Assembly (NCBI GenBank): GCA_038214755.1
Contig: JBBQRQ010000008.1
Coordinates: forward strand, 1-64,000
Reading direction: 5' to 3'
Source: Verrucomicrobiota bacterium
Lineage (GTDB): Bacteria > Verrucomicrobiota > Verrucomicrobiia > Limisphaerales > CANJXF01
DNA: 64,000 nucleotides
The notes beneath the pieces are model-generated. The model saw only the letters and a program-made list of their open reading frames with translations. It was not told the origin of the DNA and ran no database searches. Position 1 is the stretch's first letter, and each line of letters begins with the position of its first letter. Position numbers and translations under genes: made by a program. This document shows positions 54,467 to 64,000 of this stretch, one piece after another.

Positions 54467-54663
54467 GTAGCCGCCGACGTAAGGAGGCGGTTCGATTCTA
54501 CTGCGAAAGACCGCCTATCCGCGACGCCGGAACGCCGATCTCCTGATCGGCCCGGTGCTAGCAGCATTTCCTCCGAGCCGATCAGGAGATCGGCGCTCCT
54601 ACTGCGTCGTGGCCGCGGTGCCCGGTTGCAGGCCGAGGCGTTTCTCCTCACGTCGGCGGCTAC
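54467..54663. repeat. Nested palindromes: GTAGCCGCCGACGT..GAGG outer arms enclosing a family A element
   Basis: GTAGCCGCCGACGT...ACGTCGGCGGCTAC; inner element at 54529-54599. Confidence 0.88.
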
Positions 54664-54681
54664 GTCACAAATTAAAAACTT

Positions 54682-55020
54682 ATGAGCGAAAACCATGCGC
54701 ACCCACATGCGGAGCACGACGCCAGCAAACATGTTCGCGGCTACCTGATCGTCTTCGGCGCGCTGCTGATCGGAACCTTGCTGACCGTTTGGGCGTCCTA
54801 CATTCATTTCGGCAGCAAAGACAGCAACGTGGGAAACATCGTCGTGGCGCTGGTCATCGCGCTGACCAAAGCATTCCTCGTCGCCGGCTATTTCATGCAT
54901 TTGATTTCAGAAAAGAAAATGATCTATTCCATCCTCGCGTTCACCGGTTTCTTTTTCGTCGGCTTGATGTTTCTGACAATCTGGTCGATGGATCCTCGGA
55001 GCATAATTCATTTCAAATAG
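54682..55020 (+). CDS. Cytochrome c oxidase subunit IV family
   Basis: Three TM helices; KAFLVAGYFMHL. Confidence 0.88.
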   Translation: MSENHAHPHAEHDASKHVRGYLIVFGALLIGTLLTVWASYIHFGSKDSNVGNIVVALVIALTKAFLVAGYFMHLISEKKMIYSILAFTGFFFVGLMFLTIWSMDPRSIIHFK

Positions 55021-55022
55021 AT

Positions 55023-55229
55023 ATGTCCCTGAAAGCTTTTCACATTGTTTTTGTCGCCGCGTCCACGCTGCTGGCGTTTGGTTTTGGCGCGTGGGAGCTT
55101 AAAAATTATTTTGCCACTGAAGAAAAACAATCGTTGCTGCTTGGAATTTTTTCGCTCGTGGCCGGCGTCGCTTTGATCTGGTACGGCAAGGTCGTTTTAA
55201 AAAAATTAAAACACATCAGCTATCTATGA
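55023..55229 (+). CDS. Small two-TM membrane protein in the oxidase operon
   Basis: MSLKAFHIVF...; tightly packed between neighbours. Confidence 0.7.
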   Translation: MSLKAFHIVFVAASTLLAFGFGAWELKNYFATEEKQSLLLGIFSLVAGVALIWYGKVVLKKLKHISYL

Positions 55230-55480
55230 AACGCGCCAAAATCATCGCATCAATTTTCCTGCTGCTGGCGCTGGCTCCGGCGGCGATGGCTTGCGCGGTC
55301 TGCGGCGGCGCTTCCGATTCGGCCATGGCGAAGGGCATGAACTGGGGCATTTTCAGTTTGATGGCGGTGATCGGCTCGATGCTCGCGGGCATCGCCAGTT
55401 TTTTTGTTTTCCTCGCGAAAAAATCCGTGCGACTCAATGCCACTCCCGTTTCGGAATCCTCCGATAAAAAAGAATTTTAA
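55226..55480 (+). CDS. Small exported/membrane CxxC protein
   Basis: Signal peptide, ACAVC, C-terminal TM. Confidence 0.75.
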   Translation: MKRAKIIASIFLLLALAPAAMACAVCGGASDSAMAKGMNWGIFSLMAVIGSMLAGIASFFVFLAKKSVRLNATPVSESSDKKEF

Positions 55481-55484
55481 ATCA

Positions 55485-56264
55485 ATGAAGTACCTGGATA
55501 TTTCGCGCTTCCTCCAATTGCCCATTCTCGCTTCCGAGCACGGCCGGAAAGTGGATGCCCTCATCATTTACGTCCATTGGCTGATGATCGTTTTGTTCGT
55601 CGGCTGGATCGCTTACTTTTTTTACGCCATTTATCGATTCCGCCAATCGAAAAATCCCAAGGCGGATTATGTCGGAGTGAAAACTCACGCCTCAACTTAT
55701 ATCGAAGTCGCCGTCGCGGTGGTGGAAGGAGTTTTGTTGCTGGGCATGGCAATTCCGCTCTGGGCAAAATCGGCGGACAAATATCCGCTGGAAAAAGACG
55801 CGACCGTTCTTCGCGTCACGGCTGAACAGTTCTCCTGGAATTCCCGCTATCCGGGCGCGGATGGAATTTTTGGCAAACAGGATTTTCGCTCCATCAGTTC
55901 CAGCAATTTACTCGGCTACGTGGCCGATGACCCAAATGCAAAAGATGACATCGAACCGCCTGCCAAAGAAATTCACGTCCCGGTCAACAAACCCGTTATT
56001 ATTTTTTTGACCTCAAAAGATGTCATTCATTCTTTTCAACTTGATCCGATGCGCGTCACGCAAGATGCGATTCCCGGAATGAGGATCCCCGCGCAGTTCA
56101 CTCCAAACCGAGTCGGCCAATATAAAGTTCAATGCGCGCAACTTTGCGGCAGCGGACATTCCACCATGGACGCAATTTTTACGGTGGAGACGGCGGAAGA
56201 TTATCAAAAATGGTCGGAAGCAAAACTCAAGGCGAAGGCCACCAGCGCCACGGTTTTTGAATAG
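55485..56264 (+). CDS. ctaC: Cytochrome c oxidase subunit II
   Basis: Two TM helices; DVIHSF..CAQLCGSGHSTM CuA site. Confidence 0.93.
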   Translation: MKYLDISRFLQLPILASEHGRKVDALIIYVHWLMIVLFVGWIAYFFYAIYRFRQSKNPKADYVGVKTHASTYIEVAVAVVEGVLLLGMAIPLWAKSADKYPLEKDATVLRVTAEQFSWNSRYPGADGIFGKQDFRSISSSNLLGYVADDPNAKDDIEPPAKEIHVPVNKPVIIFLTSKDVIHSFQLDPMRVTQDAIPGMRIPAQFTPNRVGQYKVQCAQLCGSGHSTMDAIFTVETAEDYQKWSEAKLKAKATSATVFE

Positions 56265-56288
56265 GAGCAAATCCGCGCATCAAAACTC

Positions 56289-56385
56289 GGAGCGCGGACG
56301 TTCTCGTCCGCGAGTCTTGGACGCCGCATCCTTCCAATGAAGTTGAATCACGCTCTCTTCGCGCGGACAAGGCTGTCCGCGCTCC
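56289..56385. repeat. Palindromic family C element
   Basis: GGAGCGCGGAC...GTCCGCGCTCC. Confidence 0.85.
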
Positions 56386-56440
56386 TATGGGTTTCGGCGC
56401 CACGCTTTTTTCCACGCCAGCTGCTCCTAATAATTTCCGA

Positions 56441-57076
56441 ATGAAATCAAAACTGCAACGCGTCCAATTTTTCGTGTGGGGATTTTTATTTTTAGTGAGC
56501 GCCGTGATCGTTGGCGCGTTCATTTGGACGAAGTTGCAGGCGCGCGGAAAACCTCTGCTGATTTACAGCCAGATCGATCATTTTTCTTTGACCAATCAGC
56601 ACAACGAAATTGTTTCCAGCGAGAAGCTCCATGGAAAAATCTGGATCGCCGATGTGATTTTTACGCGTTGTCCGTTGCAATGTGCTCGCATGACCAAACG
56701 GTTCGAGCAATTGCAAGAGGCGTTGCCCAAAGACAATTCCGTTCAACTGATTTCCATCACCGCCGATCCGCAATTCGATACGCCGGAAGTTTTGAAAAAT
56801 TATGCGCAACAATACGGCGCGGACCAAAGTCGCTGGTGGTTTTTGACCGGGCCAAAATCCGAGATCAATCGTGTGGTGGTCTCTGGACTCAAACTGGTTA
56901 TTTACGAAAAAAAACCGGAGGAACGCGAGGTGCCCGCGGATTTATTTTTGCACAGCACGAAATTTGTTCTGGTGGATGGACAAGGAAGAGTTCGAGGCTG
57001 GTTCAATGGCGAAAGCGAGGAAAGCAAAGGGGAAATTCTTCGCGCGGTAAAAACATTGAAGAAGGAGAAAAGATGA
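56441..57076 (+). CDS. SCO1/SenC copper chaperone
   Basis: FTRCPLQC, DPQFDTP, LHS. Confidence 0.92.
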   Translation: MKSKLQRVQFFVWGFLFLVSAVIVGAFIWTKLQARGKPLLIYSQIDHFSLTNQHNEIVSSEKLHGKIWIADVIFTRCPLQCARMTKRFEQLQEALPKDNSVQLISITADPQFDTPEVLKNYAQQYGADQSRWWFLTGPKSEINRVVVSGLKLVIYEKKPEEREVPADLFLHSTKFVLVDGQGRVRGWFNGESEESKGEILRAVKTLKKEKR

Positions 57077-57244
57077 ATTCGAAATCCGAAATCCGAGGTC
57101 CGAAAGAAAGCCGAAGCCCGAAGGCCGAAAGCGGCGGGGAACCGCGGAGTTTGGCAAAATTCTTTTCTGGACACAGGCGCAATCGTTTTCGGTATTCGGA
57201 GTTCGGACTTCTTTCGGATTTCGGGGATTCGGATTTCGGATTTT
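57076..57244. repeat. Inverted heptamer array (second copy)
   Basis: AATCCGAAATCCGAGG.CCGAAAGAAA.CCGAAG shared with the 50529 element. Confidence 0.85.
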
Positions 57245-57284
57245 GGGCTCACCCGTTCTCTTAAAAACAAATCACGACGAAATC

Positions 57285-57710
57285 ATGACGCTTTCCGATC
57301 TTCCCGCCCTCAACGCGACTCTCAATGCCATCAGCGCCATCTTTCTGGCGTGCGGATATTTTTTTATTCGCCGGAAAAATATTCTCGCGCATCGCAACTG
57401 CATGATCAGCGCCTTCTGCACTTCGACCGTGTTCCTGGTTTGTTATCTGGTCTATCACTTCAACGTCGGGCGCACCAACTTCGTCAAGCCGCCCTGGTTC
57501 CGGCCAATCTATCTTACTCTCTTGCTAACCCACACCGTTCTTGCCGTCGTGATTGTGCCGATGATTTTCATAACACTGTCGCGCGCCTTGCGAGCGAAAT
57601 TTGATTTGCACAAAAAAATTGCGCGGTGGACGTGGCCGCTCTGGATGTATGTGTCGGTGACGGGCGTGATAATTTATTTTCTGCTCTACCAAATTTTTCC
57701 ACAGCGTTGA
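57285..57710 (+). CDS. DUF420 membrane protein
   Basis: LPALNATLN, HKKIARWTWPLWMYVSVTG. Confidence 0.92.
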   Translation: MTLSDLPALNATLNAISAIFLACGYFFIRRKNILAHRNCMISAFCTSTVFLVCYLVYHFNVGRTNFVKPPWFRPIYLTLLLTHTVLAVVIVPMIFITLSRALRAKFDLHKKIARWTWPLWMYVSVTGVIIYFLLYQIFPQR

Positions 57711-57861
57711 ACCGCGTTTAGAGCAGCGCGGAATTTATTCCGCTTCAAGGTGAATTCCAAAGTGATGCGGACCGAACTCTCCGCCATTGCCTACAATTCG
57801 TCGCCCGCTTTTCCTTCCCGAAGGGATTGCATTTAGCCCTGGGTTGCGAGGCGCCAGCCGA

Positions 57862-59028
57862 CTAGGAAATTCCTTTGTTGGCGCGCCAGAGTAAAAATCC
57901 GCCGATGATTTGGAAAATAAAATTGGGAATCCAAACGATGAGATGGGGCGCAAATTCGGCGCGGGTGTCCCACGCTTGCGCGAGAATGACGAAGGCATAA
58001 TAAACGAGAACCAGGATGAGGGACATGGCGACACCGAGGCTCGTTTCGCGACGGTGCGCGCGAATGCCGAGCGGGATTCCAATGAGCGTGAACCCAAAAC
58101 ACGCGAAGGAGAACGCCACTTGCCGGTGCATATGCACACGGACGGGCAAGGTGATGTCGCTCTGAATTTTTGCGAGTTGGCGCAACTCGGTGCGCAAGTC
58201 TTGCGGGGAATTCGTTCCCGCCATTTGCGCTCGAGAGAAAGACCGTTCGAGTTTTTTTAGCTGCGCGTGCAATTGCGAAAAAGTCATTTCGCTCAGGGTT
58301 GGCCGGGCCATCGCGCCGCTGCCTCCAAAAGCAATCGTAGAGTCAACCGAATCAAAATGGACGCTCGGAAAAACATTGGCGCCTTGAACCTGAGTGTCGG
58401 TCGCGTCGAACAAAGTCAAAACGAGTTCGTTACTGCGCACGAGGAATTTTCCGGTGGGGGCGGTGATCAACCCGATTGAATTACCGCTCTCGCCGACTTG
58501 ATAAACTTTTACGTCGCGCAAATCATTGTTCTTTATTTTTCGGACATAGACCGACAAGCCGCCCGGAAATTCGTTGTATTGATTCTCGCGCAACATCCCG
58601 GCTGGATTGGATGTGGCCACTTCATAGAGCAAATGTTTATAGGCGACGCGGCATTCCGGCGCGACTTGCAGATTGATCCACCCGCAAAGCCCGCTGAAAA
58701 GAATCCCCAAAAACAAAACCGGCGTAACCAGCGCGACCAGACTGATTCCGCTGGCGCGCGCCGCCGTCAATTCCTGATCGGCGCTGAATCGTCCAAAAAC
58801 CAGCAGCGTCGCGGTCAACATTCCCATCGGCAACGCGAAGAGCAAAATCCACGGGATGAGCAAACTGATGCCTTGAATGACGGCGAGGAATGTCACTTGC
58901 CGATTGATCAAGAGCGGCAGGATTTCTTTGAGGCCATTGCCCAGGAGCAGCACGAACGTAAACACCGCGACCGTCATCATGACCGAGGCCAGCACCTGGC
59001 GTGCTAAATAAAAATGCAGCGTTTTCAT
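57862..59028 (-). CDS. lptF: LptF/LptG permease
   Basis: FGRFSADQELTAARASGIS; six-TM layout; WIPN. Confidence 0.85.
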   Translation of the reverse strand: MKTLHFYLARQVLASVMMTVAVFTFVLLLGNGLKEILPLLINRQVTFLAVIQGISLLIPWILLFALPMGMLTATLLVFGRFSADQELTAARASGISLVALVTPVLFLGILFSGLCGWINLQVAPECRVAYKHLLYEVATSNPAGMLRENQYNEFPGGLSVYVRKIKNNDLRDVKVYQVGESGNSIGLITAPTGKFLVRSNELVLTLFDATDTQVQGANVFPSVHFDSVDSTIAFGGSGAMARPTLSEMTFSQLHAQLKKLERSFSRAQMAGTNSPQDLRTELRQLAKIQSDITLPVRVHMHRQVAFSFACFGFTLIGIPLGIRAHRRETSLGVAMSLILVLVYYAFVILAQAWDTRAEFAPHLIVWIPNFIFQIIGGFLLWRANKGIS

Positions 59029-59032
59029 TTCG

Positions 59033-60145
59033 TCATCGCGCGCGCATGATCATCGCGACCGCCGCGCCGACGAATAAAATATTCGGAAGCCACGCGCCCA
59101 GCCAGCCGGGCAGCCAGCCTCCTGTTCCCAGCGCCAGACCCAGCCGCAACAAAATAAAATAACTAAAACAAATAAAAATACTCCCGGCTACGCCCACAAA
59201 AATATTGCGGCGTCCCGTAATTCCGCCAAACGGCAGCGCGATCAACACGACGACCAGACACGTGACGGGCGCGGCGATGCGGCCATGCAGTTGCGTGCTG
59301 ATCAACCAACGCGACGCGGTGTCGAGCCGTGGATGAAGTTGCAGATAATTCAAAATGTCCGCGATGGAGAGTTGCGGCTTTTTCGTCGCTTGCCGGCTAT
59401 TAAGGCCGCTGATTTTAATTTCGCTTTTGATCAGCGCCGGACTTTCGGACCAATCACTAAATTCAATTTCATTCGTGTGAACCGTGGCGGCGGCGATGTC
59501 CTGTGGATTGACTTGTCCAACGTCGGTGAATTTCCAAACGCCCTGCGAGAAGATTCCGGTTCGCGCGGAAATCACTTTTCGTTTTCCGTCAGGCAAACGC
59601 CAGTCGATGATCACTCCATTCATCTGGGAAGTTTTCAAATTGTAGGCTTTGATCCACCACGCGCGATTGTCGCGAGAGTTTAAAAATTTCAAATCGCGCC
59701 GCCAGTTGGCCTCTTGCGGATTGGCCTGCGCGGGATCGTGGCGATGCAAAATTTCCTCCGCTTTCTCCAAGCTGGGCGGCACCCAAAATTCGTTGACGAC
59801 CAGATAAGCCAGACTAAAAAAAAGTCCCACCGCGAAATAGGGCGCGGACAATCGCCAGATGCTGATTCCTGCGGCGCGCATGGCGGTGAGTTCGTTGTAA
59901 CGAGAGTGAGTCGTCAACGAATAAAGCAGCGCGAGCAGAAGCGCGACCGGCATGACGACCAGCAATGTCTCCGGACTGGTGACCAAATAAAATTCGACGA
60001 CCTCCGCGACACCCAGATGATAGTTTTGAAAGCGGTTAAGCTGGCTGATCAAGTCGAACGAAATCCAAAAAACTAAAAATCCGCCGAGGCAATAGCTGAG
60101 CGGAAGGAGCAATTCGCGCAACAAGTAGCGATCCAAAAGGCGCAT
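59033..60145 (-). CDS. lptG: LptF/LptG permease
   Basis: LLDRYL, NELTAMRAAGIS, WLPN. Confidence 0.82.
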   Translation of the reverse strand: MRLLDRYLLRELLLPLSYCLGGFLVFWISFDLISQLNRFQNYHLGVAEVVEFYLVTSPETLLVVMPVALLLALLYSLTTHSRYNELTAMRAAGISIWRLSAPYFAVGLFFSLAYLVVNEFWVPPSLEKAEEILHRHDPAQANPQEANWRRDLKFLNSRDNRAWWIKAYNLKTSQMNGVIIDWRLPDGKRKVISARTGIFSQGVWKFTDVGQVNPQDIAAATVHTNEIEFSDWSESPALIKSEIKISGLNSRQATKKPQLSIADILNYLQLHPRLDTASRWLISTQLHGRIAAPVTCLVVVLIALPFGGITGRRNIFVGVAGSIFICFSYFILLRLGLALGTGGWLPGWLGAWLPNILFVGAAVAMIMRAR

Positions 60146-60225
60146 GGCGCGGGAGCTTAGCGGGCGAATTTTGGCAAAGCAAGTGGGTCGGCAAATTCGG
60201 GAGTGATTCCACCCGTGATCAAAAC

Positions 60226-60354
60226 GTAGCGCAGGATTCCATCCTGCTGTATCGCCGATTTCCAATCGGCAGGGCGTCACCACACCAACTTCCCCGGCCT
60301 TGGATTCGGCGGGCTGGAAGCGCTGCGATACAGCAGATTGAAAATCTGCGCTAC
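60226..60354. repeat. REP-like family B
   Basis: GTAGCGCAG...CTGCGCTAC. Confidence 0.85.
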
Positions 60355-60369
60355 GACCCGGGGAACTTT

Positions 60370-61608
60370 TTAATCGGATTTTTTGTGAAGTGCAGCGAGA
60401 CCAAAAAGAAAATCATTCATCACGTTGATGGCCACTTGAACGTCCTCCTTTTTGACCGACTCATCGGGATGATGGCTTATTCCATTTTTGCACCGGACAA
60501 ACAGCATGGCGACCGGCGCAATCGAGGCCATCACGGCGGCGTCGTGTCCCGCGCCGCTGGGCAATTTTGGAACCTGCCTTTGATGTCGGCGCGCGGCGGT
60601 GGCAAGCAGATGGGAAAGCTCGACCGACGACGGGACCGCGGCAGTTTCCTGGACGATTTGCCATTTGACGCTCACACCACGGGAACGCCCAATTTTTTGC
60701 GCGCAATTTTTCAAGGCGTTGCTCGAGATGTTTCTTTCCGAATCGCTTTGATGGCGAAGATCGAGGCTCAAAATGGTTCGCGCTGGAATCACATTACTGG
60801 CGCCAGGACTGGCCTCAATTTGGCCGACGGTGGCGACCAACCCGCGATTTGTTTTGGCAAAATTTTCCACCGCCAAAATAAATTGTGCGGCGGCGCACAA
60901 GGCGTCCCGCCGTAAATTCATCGGAGTCGTTCCGGCGTGAGCGGCGCGGCCTTCAAAAATAATTTTCGCGCGGGTTTGTCCGGCAATGGCGGAAACAATT
61001 GCGATGGGGAGATTTTTTTTCTCCAAAACGGGGCCTTGTTCGATATGAACTTCCGCGTAACCGAGAGTTTTTTTTAGGTTGAGCCGCGAAGATTTGAGCG
61101 CGTCGGGATTCCCACCAAACTGACGGATGGCGTCGGCCATGGAAATTCCGTCCGCGTCCCGCCGCTGCAAATCTTTTTCGTCAAAGACACCGGCGAGAAC
61201 TTTGCTGCCCAGGTAGGCGGTTTGATAACGAACGCCTTCTTCGTCGGCAAACCCAATCACGTCTATGGCAAAGGGCGGTTGAATTTTCTTCCGACGAAGA
61301 TGTTCGACACAGGCGATGGCAACGAAGACGCCAAGGGGTCCGTCGAATTTTCCAGCATCGCGCACGCTATCGAGATGCGAGCCGAGCAGAAAAATTTTTG
61401 CGTCAGGATGTTGGGCGGGCCATCGCCCGATGAGATTTCCAATGGCATCTTCTCGCGTGATCATTCCAGCCTGACGCATCCATTTTGCGACCAGCTCATT
61501 GGCGGCTCGCATCGCTGGAGAACAAAAGGTGCGAGTGAGGCGGCCGGGTTCTTCGCTGATCTTCCCAAGCGCGTCGATGCGCTGCATCACGATTTCGGCG
61601 GCGCTCAT
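60370..61608 (-). CDS. allC: Allantoate amidohydrolase (M20)
   Basis: GSHLDSV, DEEG, EVHIEQGP, HAGTTPM, SGAGHDA; next to uraH. Confidence 0.88.
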   Translation of the reverse strand: MSAAEIVMQRIDALGKISEEPGRLTRTFCSPAMRAANELVAKWMRQAGMITREDAIGNLIGRWPAQHPDAKIFLLGSHLDSVRDAGKFDGPLGVFVAIACVEHLRRKKIQPPFAIDVIGFADEEGVRYQTAYLGSKVLAGVFDEKDLQRRDADGISMADAIRQFGGNPDALKSSRLNLKKTLGYAEVHIEQGPVLEKKNLPIAIVSAIAGQTRAKIIFEGRAAHAGTTPMNLRRDALCAAAQFILAVENFAKTNRGLVATVGQIEASPGASNVIPARTILSLDLRHQSDSERNISSNALKNCAQKIGRSRGVSVKWQIVQETAAVPSSVELSHLLATAARRHQRQVPKLPSGAGHDAAVMASIAPVAMLFVRCKNGISHHPDESVKKEDVQVAINVMNDFLFGLAALHKKSD

Positions 61609-61959
61609 TTAACTTCCGCGATAAGTGCTGTAAGCCCACGGAGAAACCAACAGCGGGACGTGATAGGAACTGTTCTCCTCTGAAATTCCAAAGCGCACGG
61701 GGACCTGGTCTAAAAAAGAAATGGGCGAACCGGCCCTTTCTGCAAAATATTTTCCAACGTGGAAAACGATTTCGTATGGGCCGGTTTGAAATTCGGTTTT
61801 GCTCAATAACGGCTCGTCCGTGCGTCCATCCGAATTACTGCGCAAAGTTTTGAGCAGAGAGCGCTCTCCTTTTTTTAATGACCAAAGTTCGATTTGCATT
61901 CCGCTGGCGGGGCGGCCATTGGCGGTGTCGAGAACGTGTGTGCTGAGTTGGCCGGGCAT
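61609..61959 (-). CDS. uraH: 5-hydroxyisourate hydrolase
   Basis: LSTHVLD, DGR, YHVPLL, YRGS. Confidence 0.95.
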   Translation of the reverse strand: MPGQLSTHVLDTANGRPASGMQIELWSLKKGERSLLKTLRSNSDGRTDEPLLSKTEFQTGPYEIVFHVGKYFAERAGSPISFLDQVPVRFGISEENSSYHVPLLVSPWAYSTYRGS

Positions 61960-62038
61960 GGCGAAAACATTAGCGAAGTTCGAGCCCGTCAGGCAAACGA
62001 ACAATTCAAGAAGGGTAGGAATTTCAAGTGGTGGTCAC

Positions 62039-62189
62039 GTAGCGCAGGATTGCATCCTGCTGTATCGCCGGTTTGAAACCGGCTGAACGTCGCAAATGGA
62101 GAGAGTCTTTAGGTTTCGAAAGTCACCTGTTCTGGCGGCCTCTCGCAGGTTGAAAACCTGCGATACGGCAGGATGCAATCCTGCGCTAC
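62039..62189. repeat. REP-like family B
   Basis: GTAGCGCAGGATTGCATCCTGC...GCAGGATGCAATCCTGCGCTAC. Confidence 0.88.
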
Positions 62190-62226
62190 AACTGACCAAC
62201 TGACCGCCAGGTTAAATCACCCCCAT

Positions 62227-62823
62227 TCAAGAACGCGGGGAGGTTTTTCCGGAAACGGGACTGGGCTTGACCAAGGTTCGAAACTCGATGGCGAAGGAAA
62301 GTTTTTCATCGGACACCGAAGACAGCCCGGCCGGTTCCATTTCCAAATGTTGAATGCGAATGTAAGGATACGAGTTTTCGAAACGCGCCAAAAATGTTCC
62401 CAGATCGTGGAAGGTGGCCGCGCCCGCGACATTAAAGGAAATGGTTTTGTAGGAAATATTTATCGGCAAATTCAATTCGACGGACTGGGGCCGATCGATT
62501 TTCGAAAACTCAATCTTTTGTGGCACTTCAAACTCTTTCAGCATTTTGTAAATCCACAAATAAGGATCGCCACTGACCATTTGCGCCTCGATCGCGCTCA
62601 ACTCGCGCGAGCTGGCCGCAAATTCCGTTTTGACTTCCTCGGCGTTTCTGATCACTTGTTTTTTTGCGGCAATTTTCTGGGACAAAGAATTTTCCGCTTG
62701 AGAACTTTCTTTCAATCGGTCCCTTGCCGGAGCGATCAGGAGAAACCAAAGGGCTAGCAGCAAGGCGACGGTGACGACGCTGAGGATCAGGAAGTTTCTT
62801 CGTTGTTGCGGTGAAAAGTTCAT
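62227..62823 (-). CDS. pilO: PilO-like protein
   Basis: TM, coiled coil, TFHDLGTFLARFEN. Confidence 0.75.
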   Translation of the reverse strand: MNFSPQQRRNFLILSVVTVALLLALWFLLIAPARDRLKESSQAENSLSQKIAAKKQVIRNAEEVKTEFAASSRELSAIEAQMVSGDPYLWIYKMLKEFEVPQKIEFSKIDRPQSVELNLPINISYKTISFNVAGAATFHDLGTFLARFENSYPYIRIQHLEMEPAGLSSVSDEKLSFAIEFRTLVKPSPVSGKTSPRS

Positions 62824-63998
62824 TTAAATTTTTGCTCCGCGTAACATTCCACCGTGAAAAGAATGCTGATTTTATTTAGATCACTCGGATCGGTCTGGGG
62901 CGGCTGGCTTTCTTTCAGACGAATGGCTTCGTCGCTGCGCAGCGCGGTTTTAAACCAGGGAGACAGCGCGATTGCATTCATGAAACTTTCGGCCGCGGAC
63001 GGTTTGGCCGAGGACTTGGCCTGGATGGTGAAGACGGTGTGTTCGATTGTTTCAGGCGGTTGTGCGGGCACGATAATCTTGTCAAGCTTCTTGACCGCCG
63101 GTGTTCCCGTGGTCTGGCTGATGTCTTGATTTATCTGGAGGCGGACGATTTCGAAATTATTGACGACGGTTTCTTGCAAGGCGTTTAAAGCGGAGGCCCA
63201 AAGGAAACGGGTTTGTGAAAGCTGATTCAGTTCGTGAAGCGTGGCGCGAATCGAGTCGGCCTTTTTTATATTCAGTTCGGTCTGAATAAACCCAGGCTGC
63301 AATGAAGCAAGGTCGGAGGTCAGCCCTTTCACTCCGACGCTGACCTGTTTATTAAAAAATAACGTCAGCAAATACCATCCCAACATCGCCAGCACCAAAA
63401 TTCCGGCGACGACATATCCGCGTTTCATGGGATCGCGGCTTCTTCTTTCGGCCGCTTCTTTTTGTTCGGCCAGCAGGTCGATGGCGGCCAGAGCCGTTTT
63501 GAAAAAGGTCAAGGCCGCGCCGATGGCGACAGTGAGTTGCGGGGATTCTTCTTGCAGCACGATGGTTTGGGCGCTGGTAAAATTTGATTTCAACGAGGCC
63601 GCCGGGTTCCAACTTTTGCAAGGCAGGTTCAACTCGGTTTGAAGAGTTTCGACGATAAATTTCGAACGGGCTGAGCCGCCAGAGACAAAAACTTCGGAAA
63701 CTTTTTTGTCTTCTTTTTGCTCGAAGAAATGAATGGAGTTAATTAATTCATGGCTTAAGGGCGAGACCAGTGGAATGAGGTGCGCCCGAACCTTCTCCGG
63801 CATGATTTGCTTTAATCCGTCCGCAACCGAATAGGTGATATTCATGCCCTCAGCCAGTCCCGTCGTAAATTTGTCCGCGCCGATATTGACGACGCGAGTC
63901 AGGGTTATTTCACCGTTGACCAGAAGACTGATGGTGGAGTGGCCGAAACCAATATCGACCAATGCGATAACCTTGTTATGCCAAATCTCGGGTGACAT
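62820..63998 (-). CDS. pilM: PilM-PilN fusion (5'-truncated by window edge)
   Basis: VDIG, VSGGSA, AIGAAL actin-like motifs, then IDLL, TM helix and PilN-like region. Confidence 0.75.
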   Translation of the reverse strand: MSPEIWHNKVIALVDIGFGHSTISLLVNGEITLTRVVNIGADKFTTGLAEGMNITYSVADGLKQIMPEKVRAHLIPLVSPLSHELINSIHFFEQKEDKKVSEVFVSGGSARSKFIVETLQTELNLPCKSWNPAASLKSNFTSAQTIVLQEESPQLTVAIGAALTFFKTALAAIDLLAEQKEAAERRSRDPMKRGYVVAGILVLAMLGWYLLTLFFNKQVSVGVKGLTSDLASLQPGFIQTELNIKKADSIRATLHELNQLSQTRFLWASALNALQETVVNNFEIVRLQINQDISQTTGTPAVKKLDKIIVPAQPPETIEHTVFTIQAKSSAKPSAAESFMNAIALSPWFKTALRSDEAIRLKESQPPQTDPSDLNKISILFTVECYAEQKFK

Positions 63999-64000
63999 CA

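Overview
64-kb bacterial chromosomal segment. Gene content and secreted-protein architecture suggest Verrucomicrobiota (Pedosphaerales-like); this is inferred, not searched. It contains: coaX and a Zn-aminopeptidase; a minus-strand copper cluster (YHS and heavy-metal-binding proteins, Tat multicopper oxidase, TolC, galactose-oxidase-like copper radical oxidase); HtrA; deoC plus aldehyde dehydrogenase; Gfo/Idh/MocA, NDH-2 and pyruvate carboxylase; a 1916-aa repeat surface protein; a C1 peptidase, a phosphoesterase and a YciF-like protein; a cytochrome c oxidase operon; LptF/G, allC, uraH and pilO/pilMN. The most striking feature lies at 17-41 kb. Four housekeeping genes (deoC, ALDH, Gfo/Idh/MocA, pyc) are each followed by accessory cargo, mostly toxin-antitoxin modules, and then by a diverged copy of the same gene's 3' end. 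Where counted (deoC, ALDH, pyc) the differences are mostly synonymous, and no integrase or transposase is present in the window. This suggests recurrent, homology-anchored 'gene-end replacement' cassette capture. Also notable: a palindromic repeat inserted in-frame in ALDH, a RecQ-PRTase/DprA module, a COX subunit I lacking the K-channel lysine, a terminal domain shared by four secreted proteins, and many nested palindromic repeat families. No rRNA, tRNA or CRISPR array was seen.
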